This document shows positions 25,051-37,964 of a DNA stretch of 48,660 bases, piece after piece. The stretch covers positions 62,702,458 through 62,751,117 of the forward strand of contig NC_068984.1 of the NCBI RefSeq assembly GCF_001194135.2, read 5' to 3'. Position 1 is the stretch's first letter. Each line of letters opens with the position of its first letter. Below the pieces are notes generated by a model. It was not told the origin of the DNA and did not search any database. It was given only the letters and a program-made list of their open reading frames with translations. This DNA is from Octopus bimaculoides. Lineage: Eukaryota. Position numbers and translations under genes: made by a program.

Positions 25051-25345
25051 TATATACAAATATATACAAGAAGGAAACAATTTAGCATTTCTTCATCAGT
25101 CACATTTTCCTGAGCCACAAATATACATATATAATTATATATATATATATCGCGGAATAGATGAAACATGGACAACTGATGAAGGGAATGTTCTTTATGT
25201 TGTATGTCTCGGTTCTCTGTGTGTTTTCTTTCGTTGATCGAAAACAAGTTCGTTTTCTATGTTTTTGTTTTTATGATTTCGTTCATCATTGTGTCTTGTA
25301 CCCATATATGCATGTATATATGTAGGTATATATATATGTAGGTGT

Positions 25346-25733
25346 GGAGGCGCAATGGCCCAGTGGTTGGGGTAGCGGACTCGCGTTCATAGGGTCGCGG
25401 TTTCGATAACCAGACCGGGCGTTGTGAGTGTTTCTTGAGCGAAAACGCCTAAAGTTCCACGAGGCTCCGGCAGGGGATGGTGGCGAACCCTGTTGTACTC
25501 TTTCATCACAACTTTCTCACACTCTTTCTTCCTGTTTCTGTTGTACCTGGATTTCAAAGGGCCAGCCTTGTCACACTGTGTCACGCTGAATATCCCAGAG
25601 AACTACGTTAAGGGTACACGTGTCTCTGGAGTGCTCAGCCACTTGCACATTAATTTTACGAGCAGGCTGTTCCGTTGATCGAATCAACTGGAACCCTCGA
25701 CGCCGTAAGCGACGAAGTGCCAACAACAACAAC
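25346..25733 (+). mobile_element. tRNA-derived SINE (octopus OK/OR-like), near full length
   Basis: A-box-like TGGCCCAGTGG at ~25356, B-box-like GGTTTCGATAACC at ~25399, ~390-bp body, (CAA)n tail, inserted in TA-rich repeats. Exact family name uncertain. Confidence 0.82.
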
Positions 25734-27964
25734 GACGTTATGTAGATATATTGGTAGGTATATATGTAGGCAGATATGTAGGTATATATTTAGGTATATA
25801 TGTAGGTATATATATATATATATATGTAGGTATGTATATATGTATGCATATATGCATATAATTATATATTATTTATATTATTATTATTATTTTTATTATG
25901 ACACACACACATACACACACNNNNNNNNNNNNNNNNNNNNNNNNNNNNNNNNNNNNNNNNNNNNNNNNNNNNNNNNNNNNNNNNNNNNNNNNNNNNNATA
26001 TATATGTATGTATGTATAGATATATATATATCCATGATAGATTATATGACTTACATATGAATATATTTGTGTCACAATATCAATTATATTATATCTTGTC
26101 TTCTTGATTTGAGGAATTTGAAATCCTATATCAAGTTTTTTTAGGTTATCAACGAAGTTATACTTTGTAAAGTACTTTACTGATGTGTAGAGAGCCACAA
26201 ACGGCTATAGTGCTTCGTTTGGTTTATAAAAGTATTATAGAGATGCAAAAATCTGAGATAATCAACCTCAATCCGACTACTCTTATGAAGAAAGATGAAA
26301 CCTGTTTTTTTTGGGGTTTTTTTTTTTTTTGAAATGTGATCTGTCTTTGCATTGCAATGCGCAAGTAAACCAGTTTGTCACTTAACATATCACATGTGCC
26401 ACTGGTGGATTTTAAACTGATATTGTCCCCGAGAGGTTTCTGAGAATTGAGATGTTACACAGTAGCATTTTCGAACAGTATTACAGATATTTTCTTGCAG
26501 GCATTGCGCCAGAGCATTAATTTTCTTACCCTTAAAATGTCTTCTTATCATTAAGCACAAACATATGATATTAAGTCAAATGCCACTGTTAAACATAAAA
26601 ATTGGAAGACAAGGTTTTGTGGTCGCTACATAGATTAACTATATAACAGCAAAACATATGACGTACTAAGTAGATGTAAATTACATAAACTACCATTTCC
26701 GATACAATCCCACGTCACGTAGCTAGAGGAAAATATTTAACAACGGACAGAAAAAAGAGAAGAATTGTATATTTTAGAAAACGTACTCAATAATTGGTGT
26801 GGTCTACAGTAACATTTTCGCGTATTAATATAAATGGAATATCAAGTATTCCCTGTTCTTGCGTATTAATATAAATGTTGTTAAGCTTTCTCAATATTAA
26901 AGACTTTATCGAATGTTACTCGCTTCATGGATAACACCAATAATGTAGTATTCACTTCATTCTGTCAACGGTTATGCATATTAGAAGTTTTGGTCTTGAA
27001 CAGCTCTTTGACTGATAACACATGTTGTAATTGTAAATAAGTTCACATTACGTGTTTGAAATAATAGTTTATTCCAACTTCATATTTCTTTTGATCAGAC
27101 CTAGTTTGATAACATTTTTTGTTTAATTTCTAGGATTAAAGTTTCATTTCAGTGTCTTTTCTCATACAAGTTCTTTGTTTATTTCAATGAACAATAGAGA
27201 TATATGCAATTTAGGGCTTCAACATACACATTCCTTTTACTTTGTTCATTTGTTACAGATTCCGCCTATCCACGAAGGACTACATTAAGGACGAGTTTGA
27301 GAAACTATTAATGTTTCTTAGTTCAAAAAAAAAAAAAACATTTGAAAACATTTAAATTACATCAGGTTTCTATTTCACATCTAGATATAGATTTTAATGT
27401 ACTATCTTACAGAATGAGTAATGTTGGGAAATATATTATTACATAATATAAAATCATATTTAATATAATACAATGTATTATATTTAATATAATTGATATA
27501 GTACAAAGATTGCTGCAAAGCGTGAAGTCTTGACAACCTATTAAAAGTAGGATAATTTACGTTACTGCATTTAGATATTTTTAACTTACAAGTTCATGTC
27601 TACGCTTTCACTATAGTTTGGAGAAATAATGGACCTAATACAAACGTAAAGTTCGTATTTACGTCTGAAATCAATGTATTAAAATATATAAAACAACGAG
27701 CTTGTAGATTTTGCAGTGCATATGTTATAAAGTACTATAAAATCACTCGCTCTTCTTAGTTAGAAGTACTTCTAGTATTAAGTTTCTTCCTTAATATATT
27801 TATCTTGAATAAAAGAAGCACTAGAAAATATTGAGATTTGTTCAGCAGTGACGCTTCTCTCTTTCAAATAAATACACACACACACACACGCAAGCATATT
27901 TTTACACATATGTACGTCTTTTACATGTACATATACTCTTTTACTCTTTTCCTCTCTCTTTTAC

Positions 27965-28339
27965 TTGTTTCAGTCATTTGCCTGCGGCCATGCTGGAGCA
28001 CCGCCTTTATAGTCGAGCAAATCTACCCCAGGACTTATTCTTTGGAAGCCTAGTACTTGTTCTATCGGTCTCTTTTGCCGAACCGCTAAGTTACGGGGAC
28101 GTAAACACAGCACCATCAGTTGTCAAGCGATGTTGGGGGGGATAAACACAGACACACAAACATATACACACATACATACACACACACACACACGCTTCTT
28201 TCAGTTTCCGTCTACCAAATCCACTCACAAGGCTTTGGTCGTCCCGAGGCTATAGTAGAAGATACTTGCCCAAGGTGCCACGCAGTGGGATTGAATCCAG
28301 AAGCATGTGGTTGGTAAGCAAGCTACTTACCACACAGCC
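27965..28339 (-). mobile_element. tRNA-derived SINE, second family, copy 1
   Basis: Minus-strand head ggctgtgtggtaagtagcttgcttaccaaccac..ggattcaatcccactgcgtggcaccttgggcaag; internal (TG)n; colinear with 34394-34796. Confidence 0.9.
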
Positions 28340-28738
28340 GTATATAAAAAGTCAATAAAAGATAATGGAGAAAATCAATTAAGAAAGATGCTTGATTCTT
28401 TTCATTTGTATCGCAATTACAAAAGTAATGCAAATTAAAATATTGAAAAATTAAAAGATATACTAATAAGAACAAGAATAAAGAACCGCATCCACAAAAC
28501 AACACGGAAAATCCAAAAAGATGTTCTACATATATATCAGTCTAACAATATTTTTCAATCACCAATAATTGTACCTTTTATAGATGTAATAAGTGATATA
28601 TTGTTAGATCTCGTCAAGAAAAGTAAGTATATTCTAGTCTGAAGTTACGATACGACATATTTGAGTACTATGTTTAGGCGTACTATGTATAAACGTATGC
28701 TTGCTTATTTGTTTGTGTGTGTTTGTGTATATATATAA

Positions 28739-28772
<34 letters not shown>

Positions 28773-28844
28773 TGGTGCGTGTGTGCCCATTTGTTATTTC
28801 ACAAAACAACGCTTATCTATCAAATGTATTTAAAAAACAATGTG

Positions 28845-29440
28845 TGCACATATTCTCGGTAAGCATACTTGTCCTATGATTCCGACTTGACTTTCGATGA
28901 CTTCTTCAATGAAGGACCGGTATCCGTACTAAATGATAGTCATTTACTTCCAAAAATCACCTAGATAATGACCGCTTTCATTGATGCTATCATAATTTGA
29001 GGATGTCGACACGAGGTTTTTTCAATAACTTTGTTGGTTCTTGAACTTAAGGGAGCGCTTGTTATGGATCAATTTTTTTCCTCTGTTTATTTATTTTTCA
29101 GACAGGAATTGCTATCCTCAGTATATAAAACTTGTATCGAAATCGTAGCGCACCACAGTTCTGATATTCCACTCCGATGCCTGAATCTCCATCGTTATAT
29201 CGCTGATTGATTTTCCAGGATCGTCATCGAAAATATTTTGAAACTGTTCAATGAAATACGACGTCCGTAAAGTGGCCAATCTTTTAGAGTATTTCATTTT
29301 ATCTTTGGTACAGTTGAAACATTCTTACGAACAGCTTCTGATGCAATCCGAAGTTGGTCTAAACCTTATAACATTTACAGGAAATCTCAAATCATTGCCT
29401 TCGGTAACAATGGATCAATGTCTTTTCTTGTGTTAGTATT
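28845..29440 (-). mobile_element. Tc1/mariner (DD37D/maT-like) relic, internally deleted across the catalytic domain
   Basis: Minus strand: TLRTSYFIEQFQNIFDDDPGKSISDITMEIQASEWNIRTVVRYD..QFLSEK*..RGKKLIHNKR (HTH/linker), joined to VIEKTSCRHPQIMIASMKAVI..RSFIEEVIESQVGII (C-terminus). TIRs not identified. Confidence 0.62.
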
Positions 29441-29788
29441 TTATCTGTCACAGGGCAACTGACAGAAGGAAAAGCATTTCATTCGGTTAAAGGAAGTAAT
29501 ATACTGATAATTAGGTGTTCTCAAATATTTCCGGTACCTTTAGTTACCATTCATCAGGGTATTTTAATAACATTTGTTGATGGCTTTATTCTATTTGCAC
29601 ACAAGTGTGAGTAGTTCGTATATATGGAATAACGCTCAAAGATATATTAAATCTCATAGTTCGTCTTGAAAACCTGCATCCAATCATGTCTTCAAAAGAT
29701 TTTCTGTGTAACCACTGGAATTGTAAATGAAGATTGTTATAAGTATTTAATTTATATATATATATACACATATATATATGTATATATA

Positions 29789-30063
29789 NNNNNNNNNNNN
29801 NNNNNNNNNNNNNNNNNNNNNNNNNNNNNNNNNNNNNNNNNNNNNNNNNNNNNNNNNNNNNNNNNNNNNNNNNNNNNNNNNNNNNNNNNNNNNNNNNNNN
29901 NNNNNNNNNNNNNNNNNNNNNNNNNNNNNNNNNNNNNNNNNNNNNNNNNNNNNNNNNNNNNNNNNNNNNNNNNNNNNNNNNNNNNNNNNNNNNNNNNNNN
30001 NNNNNNNNNNNNNNNNNNNNNNNNNNNNNNNNNNNNNNNNNNNNNNNNNNNNNNNNNNNNNNN
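29789..30063. other. Assembly gap (largest). Other N runs: 12846-12855, 16909-16918, 18372-18424, 25921-25997, 45011-45020
   Basis: Runs of N, nearly all inside microsatellites. Confidence 0.98.
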
Positions 30064-30099
<36 letters not shown>

Positions 30100-32364
30100 A
30101 TCGGCAATAGATGAACATATACGTATATGTGTATAACTAAAAATAGTATACATATCATCGTAAGTTTGTAAGTATATATATGTGCGTGCGTGTGTGTGTG
30201 TGTGTGTATGTTTGTGTGTGTGTGTGTATTTATGTGTGTGTGTTTGTGTGTTTGTGTGTGTCTGTGCATTTTAAGCCTATTTCTACAGACTCTTTTTACA
30301 ACTGAGTGCTAGCGCTAGAAGTTATGACTCTTCGTATACAAACACATTTATACAACCAATACGATAGAAAATGGAAAAATATAGGATATAGGTGTATGTA
30401 CATGTTTCAAGAGTTATTGCTCTTTCATCCGTATTACAACCAATCCATTAACTATTCACATGCGTATTGGTGAAATATCAGCTACATTTAGCGGTGCAAC
30501 GCTATTGGATAGATCAGTTTAAATATTAAACACCTTCCTGGCAACTGGTATGTATTAATTGCTTGCAAAGTCACAGTATAGGTGCAAAATGAAATACTGT
30601 TCCCTTGCTAGCAGTAAATATATATATATTTTGTTTTATATATTTCAAATAGAAAGAATTTATGATTGTATGTCTTTACTGGATATATCTTTGAAGCAAA
30701 AGCATGTCTAAGTCATTCCTCATATATGCTATATATATTGCATAAATTTGCGTCGTGATTTTAATATACATTATTATTTTGCATTTCAGGTTTATTTGAG
30801 GAGAAGAGTTTCAAGTGACTTTCTATACTAATTTTTTTTATATTATCAGCAAGAATAAAACATAAAGCAATAATTTAAAACAATATCTTATTCACCATTC
30901 TTTCAAAGTGTTTGTTTGTTTTTGCACAGATAACAATAAACATCTTTGATGAAATCTGATGTGATAGATTTCTATGTTTTGTGGGAAATTTCTAGAGCGT
31001 ATTTAATGTTAGATATGAATATTGATGCTACGTCAAAAATCTCTTGTATGGTATCTTCTGTTGATCTCATAGCATTTCATTGTCTACAAAGGTCGGGCAT
31101 AAAGATATATTAAATTCACTGTTTTATGATGAGTTGTTTGTCTATGTGTAAATTATCTACTATCAAGTACTCACTTCTGAAGGATGCGTTGTATATTTTT
31201 GTTGTTGTTGCTGATGCGCTTCTAAATGTCTGGCTTATGTGTTTGTGATAATGTTGAAAAAATATTAAACAGAGGAAGGAATATAAGCTAATCGATCTAC
31301 AGTTGACTTTATTTTGTTTCCTTACTTTGTCAGGAACGTTGATGTTTGCGCTGTGTTTTATTTCTTTTTCGGAATTGTGATCTGTCTTCTCAGTGCATTG
31401 AACAAGTAGGCCAGCTTGTCAGTTAAAATATCACATGCATCTCTGGTGTGTTTTGAAGTGATATTGTTCTCGACAGTTTTCTATGATTTTGAGATATTTG
31501 ACAGCATTTTAGATATTTTGTTGGATGTTTTACATTCATTTTTCTCCGTTATAGTCGATAAGATATTTTGTTATTCATTGTTTGTGCATAATTTTCTTTT
31601 TGCTCGATGCACTCTCTATATTCAGCCAGTAAATGTGAAATAAAAGTTGAAATTCATTGACAATCAAGAAAATCGAGAAACATGTAAATGTGCTTAGTAG
31701 ATCTGCATCAGCTGTAATAAAGCATACTTTTAGCACGTAGGCATTCTATACACTAAATCAGGGCCGCCCTATTTACTATTAGCAGATATACCGTGACACA
31801 TTGCAATGAACCATGTTGCAATGAAACATATTGCGCTGCGAAAAGAAAACTAAAGGCAATGAGAGAAAGGGATGAGGAAAAAACAGAAAGTGGGCCAGAC
31901 CTGTGTTATGTATTGGTACAATAAGTGGGAATTCACAAGCAAAAGGATCACTATTTTAGTATAAATACAAATATACGTGAGGTACACAATATATCGTAAA
32001 CATAAGGTAATATTTTGTTTTCATACAATAAAATGTTAATCGTAAATATTATTCTATAAATTTCTGTAGGCACTTAAGATTTTACATGTATTATTAATAA
32101 TCACAATTAATACATATAGTCGTTCAATTTCTCTAAAATTTCGCAAATTAAAATATTTTACCTGTAGCATCAGTTTCTCAATTAATAATTGAGGTAGCAG
32201 TAAATAGCGTTTTTATGCCAATTTTGAGTTCATACGTTTTTCAGAATTTTCTAGATCATGCTTTCCACATTTCGTTTTCCCTTTCAGTTATTGATCTTTT
32301 GAAAGTGCCCACACATTTTTACATTATTGAAGACTAATTTAAACAAATTCATTATATACTTCTA

Positions 32365-32365
32365 C

Positions 32366-32420
<55 letters not shown>

Positions 32421-32443
32421 CGTGGGTTGTGTGAAGAGGGAGA

Positions 32444-32502
<59 letters not shown>

Positions 32503-32830
32503 ATAGATTGACTGATAGATAGCAACACACAAATATATAGATAGAAGCCCCAAAAATATGACGCAAAATAGAACAAACTTCAATATAATCTAGATATTTG
32601 GGCTTTACGTAAGTTTTTATGTAGGTGTATATGTGTGTGTGTGTGTGTGCACGCGTGTGTGTTTGTGTGTGTGTCTATATATGTATGTATGAATATATAT
32701 ATATATATATGCTTATATACACATATCGATACATACATACACACATACACACACACACATACATACATACATACATACATACATACATACATACATACAT
32801 GCATATATACAAACATACGTATATACATAT
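32365..32830. repeat. Compound microsatellites (TA)n, (TG)n, (GA)n, (TACA)n
   Basis: Read directly from the sequence. Confidence 0.95.
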
Positions 32831-34393
32831 TCCAATGTGCACTTTCCTGTATTATGCAAGTGTATGCAGATATTCATGAAATTAAGAAAAATATGTTTCC
32901 TATAATAACGTAGAACAATTTTTCTCGTTAGTTTAAAAGAAGGGAATAGATTTAGATAACGGTTTAACATGGTAAAGCATTTGAGAACTCATATTTTATA
33001 ATGAAGAAAAGGTATAACAGAATAGTTATATAAACGAGTACGTAGAATTCATAAGCATTTGCTAAAAATATGGCGAATCATTTATAGACGGTATCTTGTT
33101 TGAGCCTTGGTTGGAAGAGTTCTAGCATTGAATCATTCAACCCAATTGGTGATTTGCCTACTCACATTCCAGACTACAACCATCTGCAGCACCTTGTTAA
33201 AGAGTCGACATGAAATTCCTCATCCAGAACAGCCCTACAAATGGATCATCTAATAATTGTCCTTCTGGTATGTTATGCAATAACTGTCAGAATAAATTTC
33301 CCTCCGTATGTTAAAAAAACTTAAACCAGGGAATTAAGATATGCTATATTGAGAAGGGGAAACTGTTTTTCAAATTTCTAACAGGATACTTGAATCTAAC
33401 AAATGTAATTTCCGTAATTTGGAATGAGGCAAAGTATTAGTCCAATGGAAGGAGCAAACAATTTGTTTTAAACATGATGGTGTGTAAGAAATCAAGATAC
33501 AAAAGCCAGCATAGTACGTACCTAACTTGAGTATAGGAAAACTTTGAATTCAGTCTTGCTTAAGTGGTTTATAAATGTTTAGAAAGATATCAGTGCATTG
33601 ACACCAAATCGAACTTAATAAAAATGACAAATCTCTTTTTGAGCAGCCCACCACTTCGCTTGAGGGAAAACTCAAATTGTCACAAGAATGTTTAATTGTG
33701 TATTCCAATATGGCAACAGTTCTGGTCTCCGTCACCTTCTGTACATTTTTACTTTAAATTGGTAAATAAAATTCCAGCACTTTACACTAATTGAATAACA
33801 CAGCGAGGCAGCTTCATCTATCGTGTCCTGGTCATGTGTGAAATATGGCAAGAACGTTTCTAGGTTGGATAATTTCTTAATATTGACAATCATATGCATT
33901 ACGACTCGAGATATGTTGACACAAATTGGCATAAAGACGAGACAGCTACAGACTTCAGTGAAAAAAAGTATGTGGCTTCAAGGCGCATATTATGTACATA
34001 TATATATATATATTCTAGCATAGATAAGAAATGTATATAATAAAGATATTAACGCTTCATTTTATGTCGAGTTATGAAACTAAAAACAATTTTGCTTTTA
34101 CTCAATACGTTATGTAAAGCGCATAACAATAATTATTTTTCAAATATTAGTGTTGGGAGTGAGTTAAATTTTCCAGCAGTTAAGCCTTCATCGGACATTT
34201 CATATATGAAGTTTAAGCGTACAAATGATTCTGCTAACTAGCTGTAGTAACAACAACAACAATAGCAATAACAATAACAACAACAACGATGATGATGATA
34301 TTGATCTTCAGACGTTTGAGATAAGAAAACAAAATTACATAAAACCAACAACAACAACAACAATAATAATGATAATAATAATAATTCTGCTAT

Positions 34394-34796
34394 TTGTTTC
34401 AGTTGTTTGACTGCGGCCATGCTGGAACACCACCTTTAGTCGAGCAAATAGACCCCAGTACTTATTCTTTGTAAGCCTAGTACTTACTGTATCAGTTTCT
34501 CTTGCCGAACCGCTAGGTTATGGGGACGTAAACACACGAGAATCGGTTGTCAGGTGATGGTGGGAGGGAAACACAAACACTCAACCACACGCAAACACTC
34601 GCAAACACACGCAAACAGACACACATGTATATACATATACGACGGGCTTCTTTCAGTTACCGTCTAACAAATCCACTTACAAGGCTTTGGTCGGCCCGAG
34701 GCTATAGTAGAAGACACTTGCCCACAGTGCCAAGCAGTGGGACTGAACCCAGACCCATGTGGGTGGTACGTAAGCTGCTTACTACACAGCGACTCC
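34394..34796 (-). mobile_element. tRNA-derived SINE, second family, copy 2
   Basis: Colinear with 27965-28339 (ctgcggccatgctgga-caccac/gcctttagtcgagcaaat..aaggctttggtcg-cccgaggctatagtagaaga-acttgccc). Both ends abut AAT tracts. Confidence 0.9.
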
Positions 34797-34797
<1 letters not shown>

Positions 34798-34829
<32 letters not shown>

Positions 34830-34845
34830 AATAATAATAATAATA

Positions 34846-34899
<54 letters not shown>

Positions 34900-34917
34900 A
34901 TGATGATGATGATGATG
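34798..34917. repeat. (ATT)n-(AAT)n-(GAT)n microsatellite
   Basis: Read directly from the sequence. Confidence 0.97.
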
Positions 34918-34919
34918 GT

Positions 34920-37590
34920 AATATTGAGCTTGAGTCGCTCGAGATATGAAAGCAAAATTAACATACATCACGAGATGATTTCCTGCCAAAAACTCTGAAC
35001 AGGCAAAACCCTCTCCTAATCTCCCTGCCCAATCGATAAACAAAGCCAACAGAGAACGGTGGATAGATGATGACTACATGCAAGTGCGTTATGCATCCTA
35101 CACTGCAAAACTATACCCAAGAAACACAGGGATAACAAGAGAGACATAAATATGGAGAAGAAGAAATACTGAAAGAAGAGGAAATGTCTTGCGAATGTCC
35201 GGCGATATATCCTATGAGAAGGAAAGTGCCCTACACCGAAATAGCCAAACTAATAGATAAAATACACACGGAAAATAAAACAAAGCACTTCATAACTCAA
35301 AACAATGGGTCGCAATCAGGCAAAGAGGGCACATCAGACATTATATCTCCAAAAACATATAAGACATCACAAAATAAAGAAGTGAACACAACAGAGATAA
35401 CACTGCAAACAGTAAACAAAAGGTTACATCAAAGTAAAATCTCTGCGCAACTACCTAGGCCAGCAATAAATAGAACAATCCAGCAAATCAATAACCCACA
35501 TAGACAGGCGAATGAATACTGAAGCACAAAAAAAAACAGCATGCAAAATAATACACGTCATAACAGACCAGTTAGATGCGAGGACGGAAACGAACCAACT
35601 GAAGAAATGACAAAACTAGAAGAACTAAACATCAGACCAGCTAGATGCGAGGACGGAAACGAACCAACTGAAGAAATGACAAAACTAGAAGAACTAAACA
35701 TCACACAGTTGATTAATATGGACCAGCGTAAACGTCTACCAAGGCTACAGAAAAATTCAAGAGCTCTGTGAAAGGATAAATGCATACAACAGAGCCTTAC
35801 AAATAATAAAGACTATATGAAAAAATACACTAGATACCAACAAACGAAATCACTTGATCAACTGAACAGCAATTGACTTGACGCTTCCAAGGAAAACAAA
35901 TCCTAACTCTAAAACTTCAAAATGGAAACAAGTCATAATAAATAAAATTCAAAAACCAAAAGAAGACTTACTACTACTTTACAGATGAGAGAAAACGGGA
36001 TCAAATATGAAAAATAAAAAAAATAAAGATACCTGGGAAGTGATAGGAAAAATAAAAGAGGGCATAGCAGCAAAAACGTGCCGCATAAAATGGTATGAAA
36101 AACGGAAACGCTTCTTCCGGAAAAATAGAGAATTCAAATTAAACACAAAATGTTTTTATAGAAAGTTAAACATAAAAACTATATCAATAGATGTCATGCC
36201 AACAACATCAGCGATTCAGTCATACTGGGAAGCAAAATGGAGCTAAACAAACAACACAACAAAAAGGTTCAGCAGATTAGTAGGCAAAACGAAAGGAAGA
36301 ACACGATAGAACAACAAATATTCCCCACCATCACAGGTCAAGAGATCATGGACACATTGAGGAGTACCAACAACTGGAAAACTGCAGGGATAGTTCCCTA
36401 ACATCTGGTTGAAACACCTCACCAGTACACATAACCACTTAGCGACAGCGTTCAATTTATTGATAATTGAGCCAGAATCAGCACGAAACTGGAAGCTGGA
36501 AGGGCAAACCATCCTAATTCCCAAAAGCAAAGACACCGTACACCCACAAAATTACAGACCGATAACACGGCTATGAATATCCTACAAAACTCTAACATCA
36601 GTCATCTATAATCGGCTTATAAAGCACCAAGAAAACAACAACGCCTTACCTAAAGAACAAAAATGGTGCCGGTGAGGGATGTATGAGCGACGTCTGGTAA
36701 ACCGAGCGATTATAGAAGACTCAACAGTATTCCACGCTCATGGATACTGGAATCTCTCCTCACATTTAAGGTAACCCCACCATTAATAAAATGCACACAA
36801 TAATGAAAACAGACCTCAACATCAAATGCAGAATGTGTAACCAGCACAATGAGACAATTGACCACATCATCTTTGTCTTCCTAGATCTTGCCAAGTCTGA
36901 ATATATATACTGACACCATAAATTAAGCAATTATATATACTGGACAGCATACCAATAGTAGAACATTAAAACAGACATCAGGTGGTATAAGCATGTGCTA
37001 AGCAAGGTACAATATATATAAGCTGGGATATGTCGGTTCAGACCGGCAATGAAATAAAAACTAATCGCTCAGATATAATAGTCAAGTGATAGATGCGTAT
37101 AGGCCAGACATTATATTGAAAGACTTCAGACAAAAATCATTCCTCCTTATTGATATCACTGTCCCAATCGACATAAATGTATTTGTCAAGACCTACTCAA
37201 AACTGAGTTAGTATAATGTTCTTGAAATAGAAATTGGCAAATTGTGGAACCTTAAGACTAAAACAATACCTGGTGTCATAGGTGCCCTAGGAATGATAGC
37301 AATAGGGGCTGATTCCTTTCTAGCTCAGATAACAGGAAACACTAAAATGGCAGAAATTCAAAAGATAGTGCTCATGAGAACTGCCCATTTTCTACGTAAA
37401 ATGCTGTTTCTGTAATCTCAAATTTTAAAACTGACATAAATTGTTTTCTTAAACGTTCCCTAGAAGAATACTATGTGCAAACCAAATATATAACACCAAC
37501 ATGAACTTCGAACTTGTTGTCTTTTGAGGTCATTGTGTTAGACTTGGAGTCAACTTGTACAAATACAAAGCATAAGTCAAATATATAATA
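34920..37590 (+). mobile_element. R4/Dong LINE copy A, decayed, with a large RT deletion and a probably chimeric 3' end
   Basis: RERWIDDDY..; NWKTAG..NIWLK; GQTILIPKSKDTVHPQNYRPIT; zinc knuckle CRMCNQHNETIDHII..LAKSEYIY*H; endonuclease RPDIILKD..LLIDITVPID..LEIEIGKLW..VIGALG..LRKML*. The 3' UTR ends in taataataat. Confidence 0.9.
35564..35701. repeat. 69-bp in-frame tandem duplication inside Dong copy A
   Basis: Two units differing at one base: RPVRCEDGNEPTEEMTKLEELNI / RPARCEDGNEPTEEMTKLEELNI. Confidence 0.95.
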
Positions 37591-37604
37591 ATAATGAATA
37601 ACAA

Positions 37605-37790
37605 TTCATGCAAGGAGCGCAAAAGATAGGATTAAGTGTTAACTGCAAATGTAAATAGACTGCATGTGAAAAGAAAGAATGGTGGCAGAGGAATGATTAG
37701 TATAGACCATTGTATAACGAGTGAAAGCAAAACGCTTGCCGAGTATTGGATAAATAGTGACGAAAATCTGCTGCAATATACCAGGACCTA
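37605..37790 (+). mobile_element. R4/Dong internal fragment (post-RT region)
   Basis: ANVNRLHVKRKNGGRGMISIDHCITSESKTLAEY is homologous to SNVNRPYMKRKNGDTGQINTGHCIRSEMRTLVEY at ~40475-40580. Confidence 0.75.
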
Positions 37791-37964
37791 TATTATCATT
37801 GATAATTTTCAATGCTATAGCTAGAACGATGGTGGTAATGATAATCACTGTTGTTACGGAGGCGACACAATGCAAGCACATTATATATGTGTCTGTGTGT
37901 GCGTGTGTGTGTATGTGTGTGTCAGTGTGTGTGTATGCATGTACATACATGTGCACGTGTATAT

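Noticed and set aside
25165-25210. CTGATGAAGGGA hammerhead-like start
   Set aside because: No downstream GAAA or complete stem II; too incomplete to call.
30950-31650. Strong-looking acceptors (30790, 31333), hydrophobic + strand ORF 31416..31643, and a possible PLE-like relic on the minus strand
   Set aside because: Hydrophobicity follows from T-rich antisense of an A-rich strand; no motif could be assigned with confidence either way.
33050-34020. Cluster of 60-66 aa ORFs
   Set aside because: No recognisable domain in any frame; lengths are compatible with chance.
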